IMG/VR virus record: IMGVR_UViG_3300028048_003161 | Reading direction: 5' to 3' (one strand) | From: a virus | Lineage: Duplodnaviria; Caudoviricetes | Length of the DNA stretch: 64,000 nt | Shown here: positions 48,640-59,370 of the stretch, in pieces | How the letters are laid out: each line of letters begins with the position of its first letter | Numbering within the stretch: position 1 is the stretch's first letter | The notes under the pieces: model-generated | The model's database searches: none | Told to the model about the DNA's origin: nothing | Seen by the model: only the letters and a program-made list of their open reading frames with translations | Program-made: the position numbers and the translations under genes

Positions 48640-51600
48640 AAGGAAATGACTTATGGATTAAATTGTGTGGACATCCAGTAGTATAGATAATATGATAAAT
48701 TGGTATGTTATTAGACAATGAAGGCTCTAGTTTTGTAATGTAATAAACAATAAGAAAAAGAGAATGACATATGAAAGTTTAGTTGTATGTGTGTTAGGAT
48801 AAATTGGTGTGTTATTGGACAATAAAAGGTCTAGTTTTGTAATGTGAGTGACAATGAGAGAGTGGAGTATAGACAGATAGGAAATAAAAAGAATTATGAG
48901 TGAGATTATGTGGACATTTAGGTGTTTGTGTATTATGATAAATTGGGTTGTTATTGGACAATGAGAGGTCTAGTTTTATGGAATAAATGACAATAAGAAA
49001 AAGAGGTATAGACAGGTAGAAAAGGTTATGAATAATAGTAGTTTAGATAGAACTTTTATAAAATAGTAATAGGCATTTAGATGTGAATAATAAGAGAAAA
49101 AGTGCGCTTATTGGTCTTTTGTTGATCAGGTTTTGTGAATAAAATCACATGCAGTATTAAGGGATAGATAAGTAATGATTTGGTGTAATAACATTCGATA
49201 GGATAAAAGAGATTGAAAGTATATTGAATAGACAATTTGATAAGTGAGAGTTGTCTTTAGTTAAAAGAGAATTGACCTTTGATTGTGATATAGACAATTA
49301 AGAAAGAATAGGAGATTGAATTATGTGGAATAGACATTGGTTTTAATATATGAAATAAAATAATGAAGTATATGGACTTAGGTGTTTTGGTTGATATGCT
49401 TTGATTTTGGTATTAGGTATTTGTGGTTTATTGGATCAGACAATGATTTTGTGTGTAGACTATGTGTGTGGACAATTAGAAAAATGGAAGTAACTTTTGG
49501 TTAAAAAATAAGTTGCTTTTATTAGGAAATAAAGTATAAAATAGTTAATGAGAGGAACAATTGTGTTGTGTTATATACAATTGTTTTTTATTGCTAAGAG
49601 ATAAAGAAAATTAGATAACCAGTGACTAAATTGTTGAGGTGTTGAATATGTGTGAATTAGGCACTGATAGGTTTGGGAGTGACTTTTGTTAAAATAGATA
49701 GAGATAGGAAAGAAGGATAATAGACTTTTATTTTGATTAAGTAAGATAAAGGAAAAGAGTGGATGGCTTTGATTATGATTGAAAGAGATAATGAAAAGGG
49801 TAGATGGACATTTATTAGAATTGAAGGAGATAAGGGAAAAGATAGAATGGCTTTGGTTATGATTGAAAGAAATATAAGAAAAATTGAAAGAGATATGATA
49901 AAAGAGTGAAGGACTTTTGTGTTGTAATATGGAGTTAGAAATGTTTGGTTTATATTTGGAATAAATTGTAAAGGACTTTGATTGAAAGATAATAGGACTT
50001 TGACTAAAAGAGAAAGAGATAAGAGGACTTTGACTAAAAGAGAAAGAGATATAAGAAAAGAGAGAGGATCTTTGATTAAAATTGAAGTGTTTTGTGTTTA
50101 ATTGAAACTACTTTTGAAAATTGAAATTGGTTTTGAATGAAAGATAATAGGTCTTTTGATAAATGAAAAGGACTTTTTGGAATTTGAAAGAGAAATTGGA
50201 ATTGGTTCAGGACGTTTTATTTTTGAAAATGATTAGGAAATAGACATTGTTTTTATTAAAGTTAGAAAAATATTTAATAATAAAATTTGTGGTATGTTAT
50301 AGGATTTTGAATTGGTTGGGAGATATGTTCCAGATTTAAAATTTAAGGGATTTAAGGGATTTTTGGTGGATTTTGATATAAATGTATGGGTGGGGGATAT
50401 TGGTTGAAACGTGAGTATAACAAGAAATTTTTATTTTATTTTAGTTAAAAAATTAGTTAATTTTGTTATGTAATTTGAAAAATGAACGACGTTTTGATTT
50501 TTGTTGTAGGTCTTGATTAAAAAATTGAATGTGCTTTTTGTAAAAATTGAAAGAGAATTTGAAAAATGAATTAGACTTTTGTTTTGTGAATTGATGTTTT
50601 GGAGAAAGTGAAAGAGATTGAAATAAAATGGAAAGACTTTGATTAAAAGTGAAAGAGATTGAAATAAAATGAAAAGACTTATGTTAAGTGAGGTAGTTGT
50701 TTTGATTTGTGGAATTAGACTTTTGTGGAAGTGATAGGTGTTGAAATGTTGAATAGTTAGTCTTTTATTAAAAGTGGTGGAGATTGAAAGAAAATGTGAT
50801 AGACTTTGGTTAATAAGTGATTGTGTTGGAATATATGGGATAGGTCAATGATTGTTTATGGTGAGTGTTGGGAAAATATGAATTGGACTTTTGTATTAAA
50901 GATAGGAGATTGAAATGATTGTTAATGGACTTTTGTATTAAAGATATGTACAATTAGTTAATGAGATAGTGTTTAAAGGTAGGTGGATAGATCAATGGTG
51001 TTTGTGATAGGATTGTTAGAATAATGGTATTGACCTTAGTGTTTTGATATGAGGGCTTTTGGTATTTTGATAGGTATTGAAAATAGTATAGGGTAGACAA
51101 TAGGGAAGTGGTAAAGAGATTGAAGTTGGGTGGGAATAGACAATAGGAAAGTGAATGGTTTGGTGGTTTGTTTAAGTGGACAATTGAAATGAAAGTAAGG
51201 TATGAGAGTTAGTGTGAATAGACAATTAAATTATGATAAGGAGTTTTAATAAAATAATAAGTTACTTTGATTAGATATGTATGGTGTTTTAGAAAAGAGT
51301 AATAGACAATAGCAAGTGTGATAAAGTAGGTGTGTGGACAATGAGTAAAAATTGAGAGAGATAAAAAAATTGATAGATAGACAATGTGGAAATAGTGATA
51401 TACCTTGTGATAGTTGATAAGTGTTTTAAAAAGATAGAATAGGCAATGAATATGGTTGATAGATTGTTGTGGTGTTTGAGGTAGACAATAACTTTTGTGA
51501 TAGTCGACTTTTATATGAATTGTGGGATATGAGAAATAAAATAAATAGCAATTATATTTGTATTTAGACAATTGAAAATATAGATAGATTTGATAGTAAT

Positions 51601-52000
51601 TTATGTATAGACATTGATATGAGTAATTGAATATTTTATGATAGATAGAATAGACAATTTAGTGTCTAGTTTTGAATTGAAATAGACAATGTTAATTGTA
51701 AGTAGGTGTTGTTAAAATTGATAGATATACATTTGATTTGAAATATGTCAATGACTAGTTTATTTAGACATTTAAGAAAGGAGTTGAATTAAAATAAACG
51801 AGATAGAGTAGACAATTTTAGGTCAAGTTTTGAAAATTGGTTGACATTTGAAAGTGGGTGAAAGATATGGGAATTTAAGTATAGACACTTAAGGTAAATA
51901 GAGAGTAAGAAATAATGTCTTTTTGGCTGACTAGTTATGAAAAGATATAGACATTAGCTAGTTAAATAGACAATAAAATAAAGAGTGACTTTAGAAAAGG
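48640..52000. other. 3.4-kb non-coding, C-depleted repetitive tract (candidate replication origin)
   Basis: No credible ORF; C occurs mostly within AGACAAT/GGACAAT/GGACTTT/AGACTTT; several local duplications. Confidence 0.6.
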
Positions 52001-52010
52001 AGAGATAGAC

Positions 52011-52697
52011 ATGGCTAAGAATTTATTAGACGAGAGTAAGGTATATTTACCTAATTTTTATAACAATGGAGAATGGGTTGAAAACCCTACTTTGAAAGTG
52101 GCAGGCAAAGATATAGATAAGAGAGTCATTGAGTTTATGGAAGAATACTATAGATTTTTGTTTAATAGCACATTTTTAACAATGGCATCTTTGTTGTGGT
52201 TAGAGAGTAACCTGTCAAGTGTGAAAAAGACCATTGAATTGTATAATGAGAGTTGTTATGAGGTTGATAGATTGAATATGAACACATCTCAAACTAACAT
52301 TATGCATGATAAAAAGAGACTGGAAAAGTACTTTAGCCCTGAATTGTTTAAGAATATCATGTATTATCCAGAGGAGCATTTGGAACAGGCATTTGAGACC
52401 CTTGCTCAGCTTGAGTTAAAGTATATGAAGAAAAGTAAAGAGTATAGAGAGTCTTTGGTGGTTAAGGTGCCTAGGACAGTGTTGTGTAAGAGTGTTGACG
52501 ATAATACATGGGGGTTATTGAAGCAGTTTATTAACTGTTATAGTAAGGAACGTATTAAAAAGATTGAAAGACTTGAGGACGAAACAGTTGTACCTGCTGT
52601 AATTGGTTATTACAATTATTTGATTAGTAATAACAGGTTAAGTGAGGTAGATAAGCAGAGGTTACATGAAATTAGACAATTATTGTGTTTGGAGTAA
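52011..52697 (+). CDS. hypothetical protein, paralog of 53362
   Basis: AAGGAG RBS; LFNS, KRLEKYF, VIGYYNYLISN. Confidence 0.85.
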   Translation: MAKNLLDESKVYLPNFYNNGEWVENPTLKVAGKDIDKRVIEFMEEYYRFLFNSTFLTMASLLWLESNLSSVKKTIELYNESCYEVDRLNMNTSQTNIMHDKKRLEKYFSPELFKNIMYYPEEHLEQAFETLAQLELKYMKKSKEYRESLVVKVPRTVLCKSVDDNTWGLLKQFINCYSKERIKKIERLEDETVVPAVIGYYNYLISNNRLSEVDKQRLHEIRQLLCLE

Positions 52698-52811
52698 GAG
52701 AGGGAAATAAAATGGGCAGACTTATTGTAAAGGTATTAGACAGTGTTGAGAATTTTCTAACAGTAGTGTCTGATTGGTTTTATGAATAGAAAGATAGGAG
52801 GCACATGAGAA

Positions 52812-53090
52812 ATGTTTAGGAAAGTAAGAAGATTGTGTATGGACCCTAGAAAGGATAAGGAGCCTAAAATGCACTCTTTGTATGAATGTACAGGCAAGGT
52901 AGGTACAGGCCCAAGCACTATGATTTGGTTTTTGGACGAACCAAAAGTAGGTGAGACAGTGTATGGAGTAAGTAGTGATGATAGGGTGTCACCTTATATG
53001 GGAGGACAGGCATTTAGATATGATGAGTTTCATCCTTATGTGATCGACAATGTTTATATGACAGGCTTTGTGATTTGTCATTATTCATAG
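52812..53090 (+). CDS. hypothetical protein
   Basis: AGGAGG RBS, 92 aa. Confidence 0.65.
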   Translation: MFRKVRRLCMDPRKDKEPKMHSLYECTGKVGTGPSTMIWFLDEPKVGETVYGVSSDDRVSPYMGGQAFRYDEFHPYVIDNVYMTGFVICHYS

Positions 53091-53317
53091 AGAAAAGATT
53101 GATAGACAATGGTAAAGGAGTGAATACAGTGAGTAATGTAAGATACTATTTGATAATTGGACTTATATTGTTGATTATGATACTTCCAACAATTATGGTG
53201 TTCTTTAATACATCAATACACATTGATTGTTTAGTGGCACGTATTGTTTTAATTTGTTGGGCAGCTTTTATTATTCTTCTTGTTTTACCTGATAAAAAGA
53301 ATAAGACAAATAAGTGA
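53075..53317 (+). CDS. small 2-TM membrane protein
   Basis: Two hydrophobic helices and a basic tail; true start is probably a GTG after AAGGAG near 53120-53129. Confidence 0.65.
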   Translation: MSLFIEKRLIDNGKGVNTVSNVRYYLIIGLILLIMILPTIMVFFNTSIHIDCLVARIVLICWAAFIILLVLPDKKNKTNK

Positions 53318-53361
53318 CTAGTTATTGGAAAGGTAAGCATTAAGAAAGAGAGGTAAGTACA

Positions 53362-54126
53362 GTGCATACAGACGCGGTCAAGGTATTAAAGAAATACTAC
53401 AGTGATATTGAGAAATATAAGCTGACAGGTGCCAAAGAAGGCATTATGAATTATGTGGACGAGACACGATTGGGAAAGATTGAAACACTCTTTGACATTG
53501 TGTTCAATAGTGACAACATTACAGACGAGACTAAGTTCTTTATTAAAACAGATATGTCATTAGCTGAGGTTAATAGGGAAGTAAATAGGTTGCGTACAGA
53601 AGTATCTAGGAGACTTAAGAAAAATATAAGAGAGACATCTTATAATAATACAACGACAGTTGTTAAGAGAGATTGTACTAAATTAGAGAGTGTATTGACA
53701 GATAAGTTTTTAAGGTCAATCGCTTATGATGAAGTACTTGACCAAGAGGAATATAAAGAGACATTATTAAAAATGTTAGATACTTTTGGAGAGAGAAATA
53801 ACCTTAGAAATAATTTGAATATACCTATTGATACAGACATATGTGAAAAGAGCGACAATGTTGATAGTTCAGACTTCTTTGAAATGTTAGAAAGTCTGCA
53901 GGTTTATTTGAGTAAGAGAATTGACTTAATTATTAAGGCAGTTAATGATGACAGGGACTTTGTTGGGTATTTTAACTATCTCTTGAGTAATAAAGGATTG
54001 CTTGACGAAACAGTGCAAGAGGACAGAAAGAAGTTGATTAAGTTCTTGAATAATGAACCTATCGACAGTGACGAAGATAGTGAGCATTTAGAAGAAAGTG
54101 ATAACAGCGAGGGTATAGAGGTTTAA
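53362..54126 (+). CDS. hypothetical protein, paralog of 52011
   Basis: VFNS, TKLESVL, FVGYFNYLLSN. Confidence 0.85.
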   Translation: MHTDAVKVLKKYYSDIEKYKLTGAKEGIMNYVDETRLGKIETLFDIVFNSDNITDETKFFIKTDMSLAEVNREVNRLRTEVSRRLKKNIRETSYNNTTTVVKRDCTKLESVLTDKFLRSIAYDEVLDQEEYKETLLKMLDTFGERNNLRNNLNIPIDTDICEKSDNVDSSDFFEMLESLQVYLSKRIDLIIKAVNDDRDFVGYFNYLLSNKGLLDETVQEDRKKLIKFLNNEPIDSDEDSEHLEESDNSEGIEV

Positions 54127-54133
54127 TTAAGAA

Positions 54134-54206
54134 GTACATATAATATGTACATAACAGCAACTAGTTGTTAAAAATTATTGACATTTGGAAAAATGTAGTA
54201 TAAAAT
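54134..54206 (+). promoter_or_regulatory. sigma-A promoter with upstream palindromes
   Basis: TTGACA(54178)-17-TAAAAT; inverted repeats GTACATAT-A-ATATGTAC (54134-54150) and CAACTAGTTG (54158-54167). Confidence 0.65.
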
Positions 54207-54299
54207 AGAAATAAATGGAAATAATCAAGGAGTTTGTGCAAATAGCATGAAAGGAAAGAAATAATTTTGTAGAATTTCGTAGGAATTTGCTACATTATG

Positions 54300-54328
54300 T
54301 TGACAAAATTTGGCAGATAGTATATAAT
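54300..54328 (+). promoter_or_regulatory. consensus sigma-A promoter
   Basis: TTGACA-17-TATAAT. Confidence 0.85.
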
Positions 54329-54365
54329 ATTAGGGTAGACATTTTATGGTGCAAGTTGTAGAAAG

Positions 54366-55682
54366 TTGAGGTCGTTCATGTTAAAAAAGAAGTTAAAGGA
54401 AATTTATAGTGTAGACACTATAAGTCAAAATAAAAGTTGGGAAAAAGTAGAGGAACAGTTAAAGCAGTTTGAGGGGCAGGAGATGGAATTGGATATGACA
54501 GGGGTAAATGTAATTGACCCTTGGAATTGTGATTCGTTCAAGAATATTATTAAGAATGACAATCTGTATTTGAAATTTACTAATGCAGAGGATACAGCGA
54601 ACAAGATTAAAATGATATATGTGCTTCAGGGTTTAGACCATAGACATGTAATCAACGAGGTAATTGAGACAGAAGCGGAAAAGACACCTGAAGAAATTAA
54701 GATAGAAACATTTGGAAAAGCTTTGATGCCTTATTTTAAGAAGGACGAGCAGACAGGAATTGTGACCTTTGTAGTTGCAGATAAGTTCAGTCAGTTGCAT
54801 AACACACTAACAGCGAATTATGTGAAATATGTAGTTGGAGAAATGAGCAGGGAGCAGGGAGTTACTGATTTTATCATTGATTTAGGTAAGCTAAGCATCC
54901 TTGATAATGTCATTGAGGCATTCGTTGAGGTTATTACATATTATGAAAAGTTGGGTATCACAATTGAAGTGAATACCGACATTCCTGACACACAAAAGCA
55001 ATTCAAGTTATTTTTATACAAGAGTAAAGCAAAGAATTATACAGAGGCAGAAAGATTGCAGGAGTTTAAGAAGTTGAAGCCTGGCACTGCTGGTATACTC
55101 ATTAAGTATAAAAAGAGTAGAGCACTTGATGATTTTGGTAGACATGGTAAAGGTGAGGTAGTGTCTAGTAGAATAGCAAGATTCTTGGGCATTACAAATA
55201 GTAAGCGTGGACCTATGTTTTCTGTGGAGACATATAATCAGAATACTTTCTACACACATTTGAATTGGGCACTTGAGCATGATATGGAACAGCCTACAGA
55301 ATTAAAGTCAGACAAGCTGGATATTGCATTGGAACAGATTGGTTTTGACAATAAGTTTATGGGTAGTAGCTATCATTTTCTGTTTCCTGTGCAGAGGGAT
55401 AAGTCAGAAAGCATCAATGTTATTGTGGACATTGATGAAAATGGTTATAACATCAAAAAGTTAATGACAATACCTGAAAGAATGAAAGAAGTCTTTGATG
55501 ATTGGGAGATTGAATATGATCATGAGTCATTGGACAAGTTTATTGGGCAGACAAAAGAGAAGTTAGCTCAGGCAGAAAAAGAGGAAGAGCAGGGCGAAGA
55601 TAAAGAGACACAAACAGAAATGGGACAAGTTGCATTGGACAATGAAGGACAAGCAGACTTAAATAAGAATGGACAGGTATAA
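54366..55682 (+). CDS. hypothetical protein, possibly with tandem STAS-like domains
   Basis: 438 aa; MELDMTGVNVID and FIIDLGKLSILD resemble the STAS beta-strand D-hydrophobic motif. Confidence 0.75.
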   Translation: MRSFMLKKKLKEIYSVDTISQNKSWEKVEEQLKQFEGQEMELDMTGVNVIDPWNCDSFKNIIKNDNLYLKFTNAEDTANKIKMIYVLQGLDHRHVINEVIETEAEKTPEEIKIETFGKALMPYFKKDEQTGIVTFVVADKFSQLHNTLTANYVKYVVGEMSREQGVTDFIIDLGKLSILDNVIEAFVEVITYYEKLGITIEVNTDIPDTQKQFKLFLYKSKAKNYTEAERLQEFKKLKPGTAGILIKYKKSRALDDFGRHGKGEVVSSRIARFLGITNSKRGPMFSVETYNQNTFYTHLNWALEHDMEQPTELKSDKLDIALEQIGFDNKFMGSSYHFLFPVQRDKSESINVIVDIDENGYNIKKLMTIPERMKEVFDDWEIEYDHESLDKFIGQTKEKLAQAEKEEEQGEDKETQTEMGQVALDNEGQADLNKNGQV

Positions 55683-55694
55683 AGGAGAATAGAT

Positions 55695-57971
55695 ATGAGT
55701 GAGTATCTGGACAAATTGGAACAAGAGTTGAGGTCAGAGGGCGTTGGGGCATCTCTGACATCTTCTAGTGCATGTGTATCTCCAAGTGACTTTGATTTAA
55801 GAACTATACTTGAGATTGAACAGATTACAGGGTTTAAGTATAGTGACGAGCAGAAAGAAATTCTTAAGTACAGAGGTAATGCTTGTATTCTTGCATGTGC
55901 AGGTAGTGGAAAGACAAGTACAACAGTACACTTGATTGCAAAGAGAATCAAGACAGGAGAGATTAAAGATGTCAACAAGTTGGTTTATGCAACTTATAGT
56001 AAAGCTGGCAAAGATGAAATGAAAGATAGACTTGACAAGTTACTCAAGCAGCTTGGAGTAAATAAGCAAGTCAAGGTTTGTACATTACACTCTTTCTTTT
56101 TGAATATATTAAGACTCTTTGGTGTTACAGCAGACATTATCAAAGATGGGGATAGACGCAGAATGATTTTAGAGTCATGTAAAGATGCAGGGTTTATTCC
56201 TAAGGATGATGAATTGATGACAGTTGATAATTTAATTTCATATCAGATTAACTGCTTGTTATCAGATAGGAAAGCCATTGAATGTCCTGTGAATACACTT
56301 GAAGATTTGACTCTTGAGCAGTATTCTGCTATTAGGGCAGGGTATACTAATAGGAAAACAGCAGCTAAGTTAATTGATTATGATGATATGCAAACTTATC
56401 TCTACTTGTGGGTGGTCAAGTTTGCAAAAAGTCCTAACCCTCAACAAAGTGAGACAGCACGTCAGATTAGACAGTATTGTCAGGCAATGTGGCATGACTT
56501 CTACATTGATGAGGCTCAGGACGTCAGTAAGATTCAATTTGCTATACTTAAGGGATTGATTACTAATCCTGAAGAACCTAATAAGTTGGTTGTGAATTTG
56601 ACACTGATTGGTGATGATGATCAGTGTATTTATGCATGGAGAGGTAGTGACCCGAGTATTATTTTAACAGCAGCACCTATGTTCAATATGAGAAACTTTG
56701 TGTTAAGTACAAACTACAGGTGTAAGAGTGAGATTGTCAATTATGCAGCTACAGGCATTGTGTTTAATGACAAGAGGTTTAATAAGGGGATGTCAGCTCA
56801 TGAAGAGGGTGGACAGGTCAAAATTGCAGTATCACGTAGAAAAGATTTGTGTTCATTAAGTATTGTAGGGCTTAACCAGATTAAGAAATGGATTGAGCAG
56901 GGAGATAAAGAATCAGACATTGCAGTACTGGTAAGAAATAACTTTCAAGCATCTATTTTGAGTAATATGTTGCTTAGGGAAGGAATATATTGTGCATGTA
57001 CAGAGGAATCTAAACTTACAAAGAGTAGTATGTATGCAGATATTAAGATGCTGATTGAAATGTGCGAGCCTTGTTGGAAAACAGCAGTATTGAGCAATAT
57101 GCTTTGGAAAATGTGTAAGTACATGAATACTGGTACAGCTAGGGCAATTGCTAACTTTCAGGATTCAAGTGCATTGAGCATTAAAGATGCTCTTGGTTGG
57201 CTAATTAAAGAGTTTATTGACACTTCAATTCAGTTTAATGCAAAGGTCACAGTTAGCCTGCAGTCAAAAGAGAAAATGAGATACTACATTAACAGAATGA
57301 TGAATGACACTAAGGCTGATATGATTGCATTATACAATGCATTATGCTGTGAGGATAAGGCACAGTGTTTAAGAACCTTAACTACATTCTATTTAACTTC
57401 AACAGGTTTCTTGTACAAAACAGAGGATAAACAGAGGTCAATAACTGGACTAGTTGTGTATATTAACAACCTTGTGAAAAAAGATGGGTTTGATAACATG
57501 AAAGACTTCTTGAGAGTGACCGAGCAGTATGAATCAGGTAGAATGGGTATTATTGGAGATAAATTGACCATTTCAACAATTCACAGTGCAAAGGGTAGAG
57601 AGTGGAAAGACGTGATCATGCTTGCATGTGATAATGTGAGTCAACCATCATTTGATGGAATAGTCAAGATGATAGATGACGGTGTACCTGTTGCTGATAT
57701 ATGTGACAGATTGGATGAGGATAGACGTCTGTTCTATGTAGGTAATACAAGAGCAAAAGAAAACCTGCTTATTGTTACTTATGTAGAGCCTAGTGTATTT
57801 ATTCTTGAAGCATTAGGTTTATTCAAGGCAAAAGATGGATTTTCAAACAACAGTAAAATTGTTGAATTAGCAAGTGCAGGAGAGGGGCTTGGACCTTTCA
57901 AGGGTGTTGCCGACGACCTGTTATTAAAGAAAGACAGTAAGTATTTTTATGAGATAGACTGGCAGAAATAG
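55695..57971 (+). CDS. UvrD/PcrA/Rep superfamily-1 DNA helicase
   Basis: ACAGSGKT, IDEAQD, IGDDDQCIYAWRGS, LSTNYR, STIHSAKGREW, EDRRLFYVGNTRAK. Confidence 0.95.
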   Translation: MSEYLDKLEQELRSEGVGASLTSSSACVSPSDFDLRTILEIEQITGFKYSDEQKEILKYRGNACILACAGSGKTSTTVHLIAKRIKTGEIKDVNKLVYATYSKAGKDEMKDRLDKLLKQLGVNKQVKVCTLHSFFLNILRLFGVTADIIKDGDRRRMILESCKDAGFIPKDDELMTVDNLISYQINCLLSDRKAIECPVNTLEDLTLEQYSAIRAGYTNRKTAAKLIDYDDMQTYLYLWVVKFAKSPNPQQSETARQIRQYCQAMWHDFYIDEAQDVSKIQFAILKGLITNPEEPNKLVVNLTLIGDDDQCIYAWRGSDPSIILTAAPMFNMRNFVLSTNYRCKSEIVNYAATGIVFNDKRFNKGMSAHEEGGQVKIAVSRRKDLCSLSIVGLNQIKKWIEQGDKESDIAVLVRNNFQASILSNMLLREGIYCACTEESKLTKSSMYADIKMLIEMCEPCWKTAVLSNMLWKMCKYMNTGTARAIANFQDSSALSIKDALGWLIKEFIDTSIQFNAKVTVSLQSKEKMRYYINRMMNDTKADMIALYNALCCEDKAQCLRTLTTFYLTSTGFLYKTEDKQRSITGLVVYINNLVKKDGFDNMKDFLRVTEQYESGRMGIIGDKLTISTIHSAKGREWKDVIMLACDNVSQPSFDGIVKMIDDGVPVADICDRLDEDRRLFYVGNTRAKENLLIVTYVEPSVFILEALGLFKAKDGFSNNSKIVELASAGEGLGPFKGVADDLLLKKDSKYFYEIDWQK

Positions 57972-57985
57972 AAAGGGCATTTAGG

Positions 57986-58441
57986 GTGAGTACAGAGTTT
58001 ATAAAAGAACTAGTAAGGTCTGTATCAAGTTGGATTGCACTCGTTGCAATTGTGGTTTTAAGTTTAATTGTTATAATTGGCACTGATTATTTTGCAATAA
58101 GACATGTAATCACTGAAAGCATGGAACCTGCAATTGAGAAAGACAGTATAGTTGTGATTAAGAAATGCGATATTGACAGTATAAAAGAGAATAACATTAT
58201 TTGTTTTAAGTATGGAGATAATGACATTATTCATCGAGTGATGAGCATTGACAAAAATAAAGAGATACAGACAAAAGGGGATAATAACAAAAGAAATGAT
58301 GATATTTTGGTATCATCTGATATGCTAGTTGGTGTAGTTATATGGCATGCCAAAATAAGTGATATAACAAGGGTAATACTTGGGGCAATCTTTGTAGTAT
58401 TTATACTTGCAGTAAGTTTTATAAATGGAGGTAAAAAATAA
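57986..58441 (+). CDS. sipW: signal peptidase I, SipW/ER-type (S26B)
   Basis: TM, ITESMEP (catalytic Ser), IIHRV (His), TKGDNN..D, C-terminal TM. Confidence 0.85.
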   Translation: MSTEFIKELVRSVSSWIALVAIVVLSLIVIIGTDYFAIRHVITESMEPAIEKDSIVVIKKCDIDSIKENNIICFKYGDNDIIHRVMSIDKNKEIQTKGDNNKRNDDILVSSDMLVGVVIWHAKISDITRVILGAIFVVFILAVSFINGGKK

Positions 58442-58442
58442 A

Positions 58443-58916
58443 ATGAAAGAGCATAGTAGTGGTGGAACAGCATTCAAAGTAAAGTTGTTCATTGGAGTAA
58501 TGTGTGTAATGCTTGTACTATTAGTTGTTTGTACCTTTAGTCTTATGTATGACCGTCATACAAATGTAGAGGTATTCAATAATGATGGAATGGCTTGCAT
58601 TAAATTGAATAGGACTAAACAGGTATGCAAATTACTTGACAAAGATGGAAAGTATTTGACATACAAAGAGTATAAGGATGACCAGAATAAGAATAAGACA
58701 AAGCATGAGTTTGAGATCAATAAAGCCAATAATTTGGTAGTAGTCACAGATACAGCAACAGGAAATACATATATTAGCTTTGATAAAAGTAAAAAGCACA
58801 TTAAGTCAAGTGGAAACATTGCTGTAATGTATGATGGCAATGAGAAAGATGTATTTGACAGTACAAATAAAGTAGAAGATACAGAGACAAAGGTAGAGGA
58901 TGCAGAGAGGAAATAG
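58443..58916 (+). CDS. secreted or membrane protein, possible SipW substrate
   Basis: Hydrophobic segment followed by CTFSLMYD.......F. Confidence 0.7.
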   Translation: MKEHSSGGTAFKVKLFIGVMCVMLVLLVVCTFSLMYDRHTNVEVFNNDGMACIKLNRTKQVCKLLDKDGKYLTYKEYKDDQNKNKTKHEFEINKANNLVVVTDTATGNTYISFDKSKKHIKSSGNIAVMYDGNEKDVFDSTNKVEDTETKVEDAERK

Positions 58917-58917
58917 C

Positions 58918-59370
58918 ATGGAAAAAGAAAATGAAAAGGAACTTGAGTTAATTACACTCAAAATAAATGGTGTTACATTTGGAATCGACTCTGATTATGT
59001 GGTGTCTATTGATAAGGAATTATTAAGTGAAGATATTCCAAGTGATAGTGCATTGGTAGAAAGAATGGTTGCATTCAGAGGTCAAATTATACCTCAAGTA
59101 AGCCTTGGCAAGATTTTGTTCGGACTTACATCAGCAGAAAATGACAAGTGTGTTGATATAGTTTGTACAGTGAATGGAAACATGGTTGCCTTAAGAACAG
59201 AGAGTGTTGACAGTATTATTAAAAGTGATACTTCAAAGATTATTGAGAGAGGTCCAATACTTAGTTCACATGCTCATGAAGTAAGTGGCTTCTTGCAGGA
59301 GAAAGACAAGACAATCGTTGAAATTCTTGATATTGAACAGGTGGTTAAGGAACTTGGACATGAGGGATAA
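58918..59370 (+). CDS. cheW: chemotaxis coupling protein CheW
   Basis: ITLKINGVTFGIDSDYVVSI, MVAFRGQIIPQVSL, VALRTESVDSII, IVEILDIEQV. Confidence 0.8.
   Translation: MEKENEKELELITLKINGVTFGIDSDYVVSIDKELLSEDIPSDSALVERMVAFRGQIIPQVSLGKILFGLTSAENDKCVDIVCTVNGNMVALRTESVDSIIKSDTSKIIERGPILSSHAHEVSGFLQEKDKTIVEILDIEQVVKELGHEG

Noticed and set aside
48694-48980. Degenerate CRISPR array
   Set aside because: Only three imperfect copies with uneven gaps (periods 104 and 139 bp), and the intervening sequences resemble each other.
51209-51571. 120-aa minus-strand ORF in the long non-coding tract
   Set aside because: Tyr/His/Ile low-complexity translation of skewed DNA with no RBS.
53075-53317. Holin call for the 2-TM protein
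   Set aside because: The topology fits, but there is no adjacent endolysin or family motif.
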